From the human T2T-CHM13v2.0 reference genome, Homo sapiens: a DNA stretch of 64,000 bases. The stretch lies in assembly GCF_009914755.1 (NCBI RefSeq), contig NC_060943.1, one strand, 5' to 3'. Positions 19,040 through 39,139 of this stretch are shown here, piece after piece; within the stretch, counting starts at the first letter, position 1; each line of letters begins with the position of its first letter. The notes under the pieces are model-generated. The model had not been told where the DNA came from. It made no database searches and worked only from the letters and a program-made list of their open reading frames with translations. A program made the position numbers and the translations under genes.

Positions 19040-21846
19040 AAAATTTTGTGTTTTTAACCTCATTTATTTAAAATTAAATGAATTTGTAAGCCATTTGTTC
19101 TGTGGTATTCTGTTATGGTTGCCTGAGCTGATTAAGGCAGATTTTGGCACTGAGAAGTGAGGCACTGGAATTAAAAACAAACAAACAAATAAAAAAACTA
19201 AAAATGTGAAGCAGCTTTGAAACTGACAAATGAGTAGAGGCTGGAAAAATTCTGATTTGCAAGCTGGAAATAATAGTAAGGGTGATTCTGGTGAGGTGTC
19301 ATTGGGGAATGAGGAACATGCTATTGGGAAATGAAGAAAAGACAACCCTTTATATGAAGTGGTGAAGAACTTAGCAAAACTGTATTCTAGCATTTTGTGG
19401 AAGGTAGAGCTTGAGAGAGATAAAACTGGGTATGTATCACTAAGATCTGTAATTAAAGTGTTAAAGGACACAGGAAGCTTCATTCTTCCTGACTGCTTAT
19501 AGTAAAATGCAAAAGAGGAGACCTGAATTGCAGAAGAAATTGTTAAAGAAAAAGGAACCAGAACCTGGAGATTTGGAAAATTCTCAGCCTATCCATAATG
19601 CAAAAATTAGAAAACTTGTACTGAAGAGAATCCTGAAAGTGTGGCTGAACAATCATTTGACAAAGAGATCATGAGTGGGATTCATGGACTATATCAGCCA
19701 TCTTAACAGACGTGAGCACAAAGACTGGATTATACTAGAAGAGACACTTCCACTTAGGTTGTGCCACCTAAAATGGACAGAGAAGACAGAACAGGTAAGG
19801 CTGTCACATATCATAGATTTTACAAGAAGGGGACACAGAAATAATCAGCTGTGAAAGTGCACTGGCAGTTAAGGATGGTTTCATACCTGCCATGCTCTGC
19901 AGGATCCGTGGGAACAGAAGAGACCCTTAGAGGAGCATCTTTTAACAACCCACCTCTGGGGCCTACATCATCTTGGCTTCTGGGAAATTTTGACATGAAT
20001 GTGCCACACTGGCAGCTACTAACAGGGGCTGGGACCAATCTAGATGACTTATCTCATACAGAAATTCTTAATGCTATGATCTTAGAAACCTAATCACCAA
20101 GGTAAGGTAGCCTGCAGTACTGACCTCACCATCCATTACCCTTCTTCACAGATGCCCAGACTCAGGCAACCATGATGTTGTATTCAGAACCTGTAGGTTT
20201 AATTTCAGACCCTTGTGATGGCACCCAAGGCCAATTCATGAGCCATTACAACCTCCAAAAGGCATTTAGGACAAATCTGAATATCTTTAGTGTCACTGCC
20301 ACTAATTAAAGATGGCAACCAATGAGCTAAATGGTAACATTCATACCCTTATATTCATAGGGTTCCTCCCCAGTGTGAATTCTTTCATGTCTACTTAGGT
20401 GTGAGGAAACAGCAAAAGCTTTCCCACATTCTTTACATATGAGGGCTTTCTCTCTGGTATGAGTTTGCAGGTGAACATTAAGGGGTGAGGAATATAGAAA
20501 TGCTTTCCCACATATCTTGCATACAAAGGGCCTTTCTTCATGGTGAGTTTTCAAATGTTTACTACGATAGGAAGAAGTAATGAAGGTCTTCCCACATTCA
20601 ACACATCCATAAGGCTTCTCTCCTGTGTGAATTATTTTATGTTGAGTAAGGGTTGAGGATCCATTGAAGGCTTTCCCACATTCCTTACACTGATAGTGTT
20701 TCTCTCCAGTGTGATTTCGTATGTGTATAGCAAGGCCCGTGTACTGAGTGAAGGCTTGGCCACATTCCTTACATTCATAGGGTTTTATTCCAGTGTGAGT
20801 TCTTACATGTTGAGTAAGGTGAGTTGACCTAGTGAAGGCTTTCCCACATTCCGTATATTTGTGTGGTTTTATTCCAGTGTGAATTTGAATGTGAACATTA
20901 AAGGATGAGGAATTTCTAAAGGATCTTCCACATTCTTTACATTCAAAGGACTTCTCTCCTTTATGAATTTTCACATGTGCAGAAAGTTGAGAAAAATTAG
21001 TGAAGGATTTCCCATGTTTCTTAGTCTTTTTAGATTTCTTTCCAGTATGAACTGTTACACACTGCTTTAGGTGTGAGGAATGAGTGATGGCTCTCCTACA
21101 TTCCTGAAATTCACAGAATTTCTCTCCAATGTGGATTCCCATGTGATTATCAAGGCTTGCAAAATACTTAAAGCCTTTTCTACATTCCTTACATTTGTAT
21201 GGTTGTCTTGCATTGAGAATTCCAAGATGTGCAGCAAGATCTGGAGTTAAGGTGAAGACTTTTCCACATGGATTAAATTTGGAAAGTTCCTGTCCAATAG
21301 AGGCTTCCTTGTGCACACTGAGGATGTCTTTTCCATAACAATTACCCTCAAAGATGTTCCCTCCATTCTGAGCTCTCATGTGTGTTTTAAGGCAAAACCA
21401 TTCACTGAAGACCTCTCCACAATTCTCAGAGTTTCCATCCACTGTAGCTTCTTGTCTGCTGATGAAGGGATAAAGGATTTAAAATGTTTTCAGACATATT
21501 AAGAGATTTCACCCATCTGAACACAGAAACATTATTTTGGTGACAATTATCATTTTACTTTTTAATGTTTAATTTTTTTTTCATTTCCTACCCTCTTGAT
21601 TTCTTCCAGATTGAATGATGGGATCTTTTGCTAGAATTTTATGCCACTGGCTCTAATTACTCAAAAAAAAAACAACTGTTTTTAATTGTTGGGGGTGGTT
21701 TGAGACAGGGTCTCACTCTGTCACCCAGGCTGGTACCATGGCAGAATCACAGCTCACTGCGGCCTTAATCTCCCAGGCTCAAGTCATCATCCTGCCTCAG
21801 TGCCCCAAGGAGCTTCGACTACAGTTGCATGGCAACACACCCAGCT
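19040..21846. repeat. Segmental duplication, paralogous to 52498-55494
   Basis: Colinear MaLR, 3' UTR, ZF exon, intron and Alu arm. Confidence 0.95.
20327..21458 (-). CDS. Terminal C2H2 zinc-finger exon; 371-codon open frame with ~11 fingers, several degenerate
   Basis: ORF 20327-21442 with CxxC..HxxxH repeats and TGEKPY-type linkers; NAGNAG acceptor at 21461-21456. Confidence 0.9.
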
Positions 21847-23385
21847 AAATTTTTATTTTTTGTAGAGACAGGGTCTCCCTGTTGCCCAGGCTGGTCTTGA
21901 ACTCCTAGACTCAAGTGGTTCTCCTGCCTCAGCTTCCCAAGCTGCTGGGATTACAGGCATCAGCCATTGTACCCAGCAAAATAGTGTAGATTTTCATGAA
22001 ACTGTTCCAATCCTCAATGTCTAGTTACATATGTGGGAATATGTACTTGTCGGTATTTTGCAGTGACAAGTTATATAGGTATGGAACATCACAAAATTCA
22101 TCACATTCAGACTATCTCTCCAGAGACTTTGCTCCCTCAATGGTGCAGGCTACTTCTCTAATTCTCTTAAGTATCTCTCATTTGTGCTGTTTCTTTTTCA
22201 TTGCACACTCCACCTCCCAGGTTTAAGCAATTCTGCCTCAGCCTCCCAAGTAACTGGGATTACAGGTGCCCACCACCATGCCTGGCTAATTTTGTATTTT
22301 TAGTAGAGATAGAGGCTAGTCTCAAAGTGCTAACCTCAAGTGATCCACCCACCTTGGCATCCCAAAGTGCTGGGATTACAGACTCAGTTTATTTTCCTTC
22401 TTTCTTTCTTTCTTTTTTTTGTGAGATGAGGTCTCACTCCATCGCCCAGGCTGGAATGAAGTGGTGCAATCTTGGCTCGCTCAGTAACCTCCACCTCTGG
22501 GTTCAAGTGATTTTCCTGCCACAGCCTCCCAAGTAACTGGTATGACAGGTGCCCACCACTACACTTGGTTAATTTTGTATTTTTAGTACAGACGGAGTTT
22601 CACCATGTTGGCCAGGCTAGTTTTAAACCCCTGACCTCAAGTGACCACCTACCTCAACCTCCCATAGTGTTGGGATTACAGGCATGAGCCACCACATCCA
22701 GCCTCTTTTTAAAATCAGAGATGGGATCTTGCTATATTGTCTAGGCTGGTCTTAAACTACTGGACTTAAATGATCCTCCTACCTCAGCCTCCCTAGTAGC
22801 TGGGATTACAGAAGTAAGCCATAGTTCTGACCGTGCTGATTTCCTAGAATGGAATTCTCAATCTTTTCTGAGAGGAAACTAAGAAATATCACTCATCCTG
22901 CCATTTGTATCCCATTGAATATTGGATTCCTCAAAAAACCAAGCTGAAGTGATGACCATTTGGTTCTAGGTTGTATTTCCCATTCTGAAGTTAAGCAGAA
23001 AAAGAAATGTAAGGATTTATAGAAGAAATGTTTAAAACGATGAGTCATTTGTACTTGTTTTCTAATTAAACACAGTAATAAAAGATAGGCCAGAGAACTT
23101 TGAGGATTTTGATATGTCAAAAATTTGGCTATAAGGACGTGGGGTTTATTACACAATTGATGTGTTTAGATAGTTTATTACAAACTGCTTCTGTGAAAAA
23201 TGAAACAATAGGGAAGAGGAAGAGAAGATTATCAGGAAAGGAAAGTAGGAAAGATTGGGATAAAGAGCATGTATCAAAATGATAAAGTTAACAAAAAAAA
23301 GAACAGGTAGTTTTGTTAGGTCATAGGAATGTTTGACTAGATGGAAAATAAAAGTCAGAGATATCTGAAATTCTGAGAAAAATAG

Positions 23386-23656
<271 letters not shown>

Positions 23657-23817
23657 TGATCTGCCCACCTTGGCATCCCAAAGTGCTGGGATTAAAGGCG
23701 TGAGCCACCAAGCCCGGCCTAGTCTTTATTTTTATGATTTTTTTTTTAGAGATGCGGTCTCACAATACTGTCCATGCTAATATCAAACTCCCACACTCAA
23801 GCACTTCTCCCACCTCA

Positions 23818-24009
<192 letters not shown>

Positions 24010-24335
24010 CTAAGTCATCACACACATGCCGGTTTGAGCCAATGAACACTGCCATGAATGTTCACTGGAGAATGAGGAAGGGGAAACTTATACTCACTTA
24101 TATGTGGTTCTGAGCTCTCCCAAGATCTACTCCAGTGTTTAATGTCTCAGGAGCTCTTGTGTCTAAGCAATCAAGGTGAACCTACTAGAGGCATATGCCT
24201 TGAACAGCACTTTAAAAATTTTTTTAATTCTTTTTTTGTTTGATCTATTTTTAATTTTTAAATACTTTTATTTTTAAATTTTAAATTTTTATTTTGATGA
24301 GAACAGTACTTCCTAAGCATGAATTTTTACCTATC

Positions 24336-24336
<1 letters not shown>

Positions 24337-24383
<47 letters not shown>
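24337..24383. repeat. (TCTA)n microsatellite; a related TCTA/TGTA tract lies at 26668-26750
   Basis: Direct reading. Confidence 0.95.
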
Positions 24384-24384
<1 letters not shown>

Positions 24385-26015
24385 ATCTGTTTATTTATTT
24401 CTATATAAAGACAGGGTCCCACTGTGTCACACAGGCACAATCGCTGCTTACTGCACCTTCGATCTCCTGGGCTGAAGTTCCCCTCCCACCCCAGCCTCCT
24501 GAGTAGCTGGAATTACAGGCATGAGCCACTGCACACTGCTTACACTTTATCTCAGCACAACCAGTTTAGGAGCTCTTCCTGTCCCATTGGTGTCTATGCC
24601 GCACACTCCTCAGCACACTGCAGATACCTGATAAATGCTGATAAGTGAATAATTTGATAAAAGGACACTTTCATCAGCTTTATCATCTGTCACTGCACCC
24701 AGCAATGTAAGAAAGATGCAGTTGGCACCATGAAGGTCAAGCTTAAGTAGTAATTACTGAGCTACTGGACTGATTTTCAAGTTAACACTTTATGTATAGG
24801 AAACTTCATTCCCTGGGGAAATTCATCTGGGGACTCAGTCTTTGAGTAAGGCTTCATTTGCTCTAAGAAAACTCTGGAGATGAGTCTGTCTAGAAGGAAA
24901 TATGTCTACCTATTGGATGTAAGCATGTCATTTTGTACAATGGCACATTTTCTTTTTACCTGATAAGAATTTGCCAGGTAGTCCTCCACCATCGTTCCTA
25001 TCTTTGTCTTTTCTTCAAAAGGGCAGATTGGTTCCCTGGGAAAAAACCCTAGTGGAAAAGTAAGAAGGCATGAGAAGCCAAAGCTGCCCACAGTCTCATG
25101 CCCAGAAGTCATTCCATCCTAGCTTGAAATTCCCATATGCTCCTGCACACTCGAGAAAACTACACACACACAACACTTTCATGAAATGCCATAGTAGTCC
25201 TGTGTCACCTAGACTCAGATAAGCAGACATGGGCCAAACTGCCTGTTGGGTAAAGGGATATAGCTTCATTTTTCAAGGAAACTTACACCCTGAAAAATGT
25301 GACTATCTATCTACCCATAGTAGTAACACTCATGAAGCTTATGTAGCATTTCCTAAGACACACAAACCAGGGCTGAATTCTAAAACAGCATTCTGACTGG
25401 GCACAGAGGCTCATGCCTGTAATCCCAATATTTTGGGAGGCCAAGGTGGGCAAATCACTTGAGGTCAGGTGTTGAAGACCAGCCTGACCAACATGGCAAA
25501 ACCTCGTCTCTACTAAAAAAATAAAAAATAAATAAAAAAATACAGGAGACTGAGGTAAAGAATTGCTTGAACCAGGGAAGCAGAGGTTGCAGTGAGTCAA
25601 GATTGTGCCACTGCACTACAGCCTGGGTAACAGAGGGAGGCTCCATTTAACAAACAAACAATATTAGCCAAGCCTGGTGATATGTGCTTGTGGTCCCATC
25701 TGCATGGGAGACTGAGGCAAGAGAATCACTTTAACCCAAAAGGTGGAGGTTGCAGTGAACTGAGATTGCACCACTGCACTCCAGCCTGGGTGAGAGAGCA
25801 AGATTCTGTCTACAATAAATAAATAAAACAAAACAAAACAAAACAAAATAGTATTCTACATCTTACTTCAATTCCTCCTAAAAGAACCAGTGGTGGCTCA
25901 TGCCTGTAATCCCAACACTTTGGCAGGCCAAGGCAAGCAAATCACTTGTGGTCGGGAGTTCAAGTTCAGCCTGACAAACACTGAGAAACCCGTCTCTACT
26001 AAAAATACAAAATTA

Positions 26016-26213
<198 letters not shown>

Positions 26214-27201
26214 TTATGTTGTGGAGGACGACCTAAATCAGAATCTCTGAAAAAGAGCATCAACAAGGACTTACCATGGGACAAATCAGTGACTGCCATT
26301 CTCTGAAGCTGATGGTCAGTTGTGCCTCAATGCTCTCTTCCTTGATGCCAAGATTGCCTCAGGGCAACTTATGAATCTAGGTGAATAGAGGCAATCTCCA
26401 TTCCTCTTTGTACAGGGTTATTTGAAGTCCTGTTTGTATCAAGCATCAAACATCAGTCATCGAACATTATGCATGAGCTTTCTCGCTGCAGGTGACAAAT
26501 GTGAAGGCCACCAAAAACTGTACACTCAGTATCGTCACTCAGTAATGATAGTATTAATAACAGCAACTGACATTTACTGAGGCCTAGTATGTCAGAAGTA
26601 GCTCTACTAGCTATATACATGCTCACTTAATTATCATAACCATCCTTCCCAATAGCTATCATTACCTCTATCTGTCTATCTATCTATGTATCTATGTATC
26701 TATGTATCTATGTATCTATGTATTTATGTATCTATCTATCCATCCATCCAGACAGGGTCTCACTCTGTTGCCCAGGTTGAAGTGCAATGGCACTAACACA
26801 GCCCTCTGTAGCCTAGACCTCCCAGGCTCAAGTGATCCTCCCACCTCAGTCTCCTGAATAGGTGGGCCCACAGGTGTGCATCACCACACCTTATTATCAT
26901 TATTATTATCATTATTATTACTATTATTATTATGAGACAGAGTCTCACTCTCCCACCCAGGCTGGAGTGCAGTGGCACGATCTCGACTCTGTAACCTCTG
27001 CCTCCCAGGTTCAAGTGATTGTCAGGCCTCAGCCTCCTGAGTAGCTGGGATTACAGGTATGCACCATGCCTGGCTAATTTTTGTATTTTTAGTAGAGATG
27101 GTGTTTCGCCATATCAGCCAGGTTGGTCTCAAACTCCTGGCCTCAAGTGATTCTCCCACTTCAGCCCCCAAAGTGGCTAGGAATACAGGTGCACACCACT
27201 G

Positions 27202-29260
27202 TGTGGGGAAAAGAAATAGAGACCAGATTTTTACTGTGTCTATGTAGAAAAGGAAGACATAAGAAACTCCATTTTGATCTGTACTAAGAAATATTGTTTC
27301 TGCTTTGAGATGCTGTTAACCTGTAACTTTAGCCCTGACCCTGTGCTCACAGAAACATGTGCTGTAATGAATCAAAGTTTAATTGATTTAGGGCTGTGCA
27401 GGATGTGCCTTGTTAACAATATGTTTGCAGGCAGTATGCTTGGTAAAAGTCATCACCATTCTCCATTCTTGATTAACCAGGGACAAAATGCACTGCGGAA
27501 AGCCGCAAGGACCTCTGCCCATGAAAGCCTGAGTATTGTCCAAGGTTTCCCCCCACTGAAACAGCCTGAGATATGGCCTCATGGGAAAGGAAAGACCTTA
27601 CCATCTCCCAGCCCAACACCCGTAAAGGGTGTTGCGGGAAGTCAAGGACCCCAAACGGAGGGACCGGCTGAAGCCATGACAGAAGAACGTGGATTGTGAA
27701 GATTTTATGGACATTTATTAGTTCCCCAAATTAATACTTTTGTAATTTCTTATGCCTGTCTTTACTGCAATCTCTAAACATAAATTGTAAAGATTTCATG
27801 GACACTTATCACTTCCCCAATCAATACCCTTGTGATTTCCTATGCCTGTCTTTACTTTAGTCTCTTAATCTTGTCAGTTGAGGAGGATGTATATCATTCC
27901 AGGACCCTGTAATAATCGCGTTAACTACAAAAATTCTACAGCATATGTGTTTGAGCAATATGAAATGTGGGCACGCTGAAAAAAGAACAGGATAAGAGCA
28001 ATTGTTCAGGGAATAAGAGAGATAACCTTAAACTCTGACCGCTGGTGAGCCAGGCAGAACAGAGCCCTATTTCTCTTCTTTCAAAAGCAAATGGGAGAAA
28101 TATCACTGAATTCCTTTTCTCAGCATGGAACATCCCTGAGAAAGAGAATGCACACCTAGGGGTAGGTCTCTGAACTGGCCCAAGCCCCCCCGGGGGCGTA
28201 CCTGTCTCTTATGGTCGAGATTGCAGAGGTGAAATAAACTCCAGTCTCCCATAGCGCTCCCAGGCTTATTAGGAAGAGGAAATTCCCACCTAATAAATTT
28301 TGGTCAGACCGGTTGATCTCAAAACCTGTCTCCTGGTAAGATGTTATCAATGACAGTGGTGCCCGAAACTTCATTAGCAATTTTAATTTCACCTCGGTCC
28401 TGTGATCTCGCCCTGCCTCCACTTGCCTTGTGATATTCTATTACCCTGTTAAGTACTTGATGTCTGTCACCCACACCTATTCGCACACTCCCTCCCCTTT
28501 TGAAAATCCCTAATAAAAACTTGCTGGTTTTTGTGGCTTGTGGGGCATCACGGATCCTACCAACATGTGATGTCTCCCCCGGACACCCAGCTTTAAAATT
28601 TCTCTCTTTTGTACTCTGTCCCTTTATTTCTCAAGCCAGCCGACGCTTAGGAAAATAGAAAAGAACCTACGTGATTATCGGGGCAGGTCCCCCAATAAAG
28701 GGGTCTGTGCTGAGGAGTAGTGAAAGAGGGAGGCCTCTTTGCAGTTAAGAGGAAGGCTTCTGTCTCCTGCCAATCCCTGGGAATGGAATGTCTCGGTGTA
28801 AAGCTGACCATTCCCATTCATTCTATTCTGATAGGAGAAAACCACCCTGCAGCTGGAGGTGAGATATGCTGGCAGCAATACTGCTCTGTTACTCTTTGCT
28901 ACACTGGGATGTCTGGGTAAAGAGAAACATAAATCTAGCCTATGTGCACATCCAGGCACAGTACCTTTCCTTGAACTTATTCATGATACAGATTCCTTTG
29001 CTCACATATTTCCCTGCTGACCTTCTCCCCACCTGTTGCCCTGCTACACTTCCCTCGCTAAGATAGTAAAAATAATAATCAATAAATACTGAGGGAACTC
29101 AGAGTCTGGCGCCGGTGCATGTCCTCCTTATGCTGAGCACCAATCCCCTGGGCCCACTGTTCTTTCTCTATACTTTGTCTCTGTGTGTTATTTCTTTTCT
29201 CAGTCTCTCGTCCCACCTGATGAGAAATACCCACGGGTGTGGAGGGGCTGGCCCCCTTCA
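27202..29260 (+). mobile_element. LTR5A-type solo LTR in intron 1 of the ZNF812P-like gene, interrupted by MER11
   Basis: TGTGGGGAAAAG...GGCCCCCTTCA; TSD CCACT(G/A); homologous to 6986-7949. Confidence 0.88.
27630..28697 (+). mobile_element. MER11 (HERV-K HML-8) solo LTR nested in LTR5A
   Basis: Starts TGTTGCGGGAAGTCAAGGACCCCAAACGGAGGGACCGGCTGAAGCC, ends CCCCCAATA; flanks AAAGGG/AAGGGG. Confidence 0.88.
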
Positions 29261-29273
29261 CCACTAGGTCTAA

Positions 29274-29420
<147 letters not shown>

Positions 29421-30179
29421 TAATACTGAAAAAATCCTACATTCAAATAACCCTAATAATTAGTCTGATATTTGTCCTTAGAGCCTGATCTCCTGTGGAT
29501 GCTGTTACCCCCTAATATGACCAGGAGGCAGTCCAGACCTGCACAGAACACTTAAGTAGTCACCAGCCACGTGTGTTATTGCTAACTTCACTATGTACCT
29601 AAGATGACTGAAGAACAGAATTTAAAATATTCAAAAGATGGCCAGGCGCGGTGGCTCACACCTGTAATCCCTGCACTTTGGGAGGCTGAGGCAGGCAGAT
29701 CACCTGAGGTCAGGAGCTCGAGACCAGCCTTGGCAAACATGGCAAAATGCCATCTCTATGGCAAAACGCCATCTCTATGGCAAAACCCTGTTTCACCATG
29801 TTGGCGAGGCTGGTCTCAAACTCCTGACCTCAGGTGATCCACCTGCCTTGGCCTCCCAAAGTGTTGGGATTACAGATGTGAGCCAGGGTGTCTGGCATGC
29901 CCTTCTTAAGTAGAAAGGCTTGTAGCTGGTAACAACTAGAAAACAAATAACGTCCAAGAAAATAAAAATTTAAAAAAACGAAAGGCCTACAGTCTACACG
30001 TGTTCTTATTTACATACAGAAATAGACACACCCTAAACAACTATGTTTTTTCCATCCAAATGTAATGTGTCAAAAATAAGCAAAGGACACCAAGGCAATG
30101 CCAGATTCTCAGATGAGACATTTTTTAGCAAATATATGGAAGTCAGAGCCCTCTTGAAACCAATTTAACACCGGTGCTC

Positions 30180-31580
30180 ACCAAGAACACTCCGGAATCG
30201 CCAGGTTCCTGACGCGGGAGGATGCGGGGCCAGAGCCAACCTTACCAGAATGGCAGAAATCCTTTTCCTTTCGGAAAGAAAAAAATTCACCAAGGTTGCT
30301 TTAGAAGCTTTTGAAGAGGGGAGCACAGCGGATGAAAGCACTCCAGAAAACATCCCATGGACGCGGGATAAACACACTTCCTGACGCGGCTCCTGACGTG
30401 GACCGACTGAACCTGCAGCTGGGAACTGGCCACGCTGGGAGGACCAACAACCCCTGGAGAAGCTAGTGAAATGAGCAGGATCCGAGAGGCTCCTGGGCGA
30501 GCGCACCCAATCCTTCCTTTGGCATCCCCCGCCTGTCTCCAGGACCCCCAAGCAGGGGCGGAACTCACCACAGCCGGGGTCGACTCCACCAAGATAAAGG
30601 TGAAACAGCACTGACCGTGGGCAGCCAGCGCGGGAAAAGATAGTGGCGGCGGGCTGATGTCACTTCCGCTACGAGCTTCGGGAAGGACGGGGCTTCTGGG
30701 ATCCAGTTTCAGCCACGTAGGACCAGGTTGTTAGAAATGCTTGTTCCCCGGTGCATAAAGAAATAGCACTTGAACATAAATTTAATTTCCTCAGTAAGCC
30801 CATTTTACTTTTGGCAGAACAGGTACACTAGCCAGCAGTTTTGCCACTAGAGTACACTAAACAAAGGAAACAGGGTCATTTATAACCTGACGTGTCCACC
30901 CTACTGCAGCGTCCGGTTTCCATTGGCTGGAATGGAACATCACATTCTGTATTTGACCCGGTTGGCTACCAAGTCAGAACTTTTTAAAAGAAGCAAAGGC
31001 AGAGGAGAACAAAGGAAGGAGGAAATAACTTGTGGAATGCTGAGAAAGCTAAAAACACCTTCAAATAAGGAAGAGGAACAGGCTATGACCTAATGCTTGC
31101 TTGGACCAGTATAAGCATGCCAGGGCAAATATTTAGGCTAAATTGTGAGAGCTAAGAACATAAAGTACATTGATTTCTTTATTACACCTCACAGATACTT
31201 AAGAATGTTAGCACAGGTCTTTGAATGCATTTCGCTCCTAAGAAGAGTTACTATTTATTTCTAATTAGATGGAGAGTAAAGTCTCTTTGAAGAGGAACCT
31301 CTACTTTTCAGGGTCGAACACAGAAATTCTAGTTTCCTCCTGGGTGGGTGCAGACAGGGCCTGGGTTGGCTCAGAGAGTGGGATGCAGAAACAGGTTCAG
31401 AGAAAAGGTGAGGTTACAACCACGCCTCTGGATGGAACTGTGGGTAGAGGGTTGGGGCCCGTACTTGGAGGTGGCTTAGAGGTTGGACCCGGCCTAGCCC
31501 CTGCTACAGGTGGACAGATGGGCTGGAAAGGCTGGGATAGGGGATGGGACACACCCCAGGGAATGCTCCTCCAAAGCTTT
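30180..31580 (-). promoter_or_regulatory. Paralogous promoter/first exon of the ZNF812P-like gene, split by an LTR10C
   Basis: Colinear with 4800-5620; ETS ACTTCCG kept (30662-30668), CRE changed to TGATGTCA, YY1 motif interrupted (AAGATAGTGGCGG). Confidence 0.8.
30729..31310 (-). mobile_element. LTR10C solo LTR
   Basis: Reverse strand TGAAAAGTAGAGGTTCCTCTTCAAAG...GCATTTCTAACA; TSD AGGT/GGGT; absent from the paralogous promoter at ~5355. Confidence 0.85.
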
Positions 31581-31647
31581 TCCCCAGTGGGCGCAGTTTC
31601 GTTCTTGTTGCCCAGGCCGGCACCTGGCTCGACCCCGTCTCTATTAA

Positions 31648-31952
31648 AATATATATATACATATATATACACACATATATATACATATATGTGTATATAT
31701 ACGTATATACGCATATATACACATACGTGTATATATACGTATATACGCATATATACACATACGTGTATATATACGTATATACGTATATATACACATATAT
31801 ACGTGTATATATACACGTATATACGTGTACGTATATATACACGTATATACGTGTATATATACGTATATATACACGTATATACGTGTATATATACACGTAT
31901 ATATGTATATATACACATATATATACGTGTATATATATGTGTATATATATAT
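31648..31952. repeat. ~300-bp alternating purine/pyrimidine (TA/CA/CG) repeat
   Basis: TATATACACGTATATACGTG-type units. Confidence 0.97.
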
Positions 31953-32234
31953 AGCCGGGCGTGGTGGCTCATGCCTGTAAAAAATAAAATAAAATATATA
32001 TATGTGTGTGTGTATCTACATAAAACTTTTTTGTTTGCCTCTCCTCATGTTCCTAGAGCCTTTCCATGATTCTTCCACATTGACAAAGATGCCAGTGAAT
32101 GGCATGGTCTATCTCTTCCATTCAGTCAGGCTTTCTGTAGGCCTTTGTTTCTTCATTCTTTATTTCTTAGAACCTGCTGATTCCATTGCATTTTCCTTTT
32201 TTTTTTTTTTTGAGACAGAGTCTCACTCTGTCAC

Positions 32235-38782
<6,548 letters not shown>

Positions 38783-39139
38783 TAGTAGAGATGGGGTTTC
38801 ACCATGTTGGCCAGGCTGGTCTTGAACTCCTGACCTTGTGATTTGCCCATCTCGGCCTTCCAAAGTGCTGGGATTATATATATTCCTGTAGGAGATAGAA
38901 GCTTCAAAAAATAAAAACCTACAGCCAAGCCAATAAAATAGAGCACATATCTCACCACAACTGCAAAGACAACTATGCTGACATTACTACTTTTAGTTGG
39001 TGTTGTGCTGGAGGTTAAAATCCATTCAGTAAAGCAAGAAAATATATATTTATATAACCTAATGACTGAAAGGGAAAAATAAGTCATTACTTACAGATTA
39101 TCTCACTGCCTATGTGGAAAGGGAAAAGAGTCATATTAA

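Noticed and set aside
31269-32069. 266-aa and 191-aa Tyr/Ile/Thr-rich ORFs
   Set aside because: The alternating R/Y repeat cannot contain stop codons; artefact.
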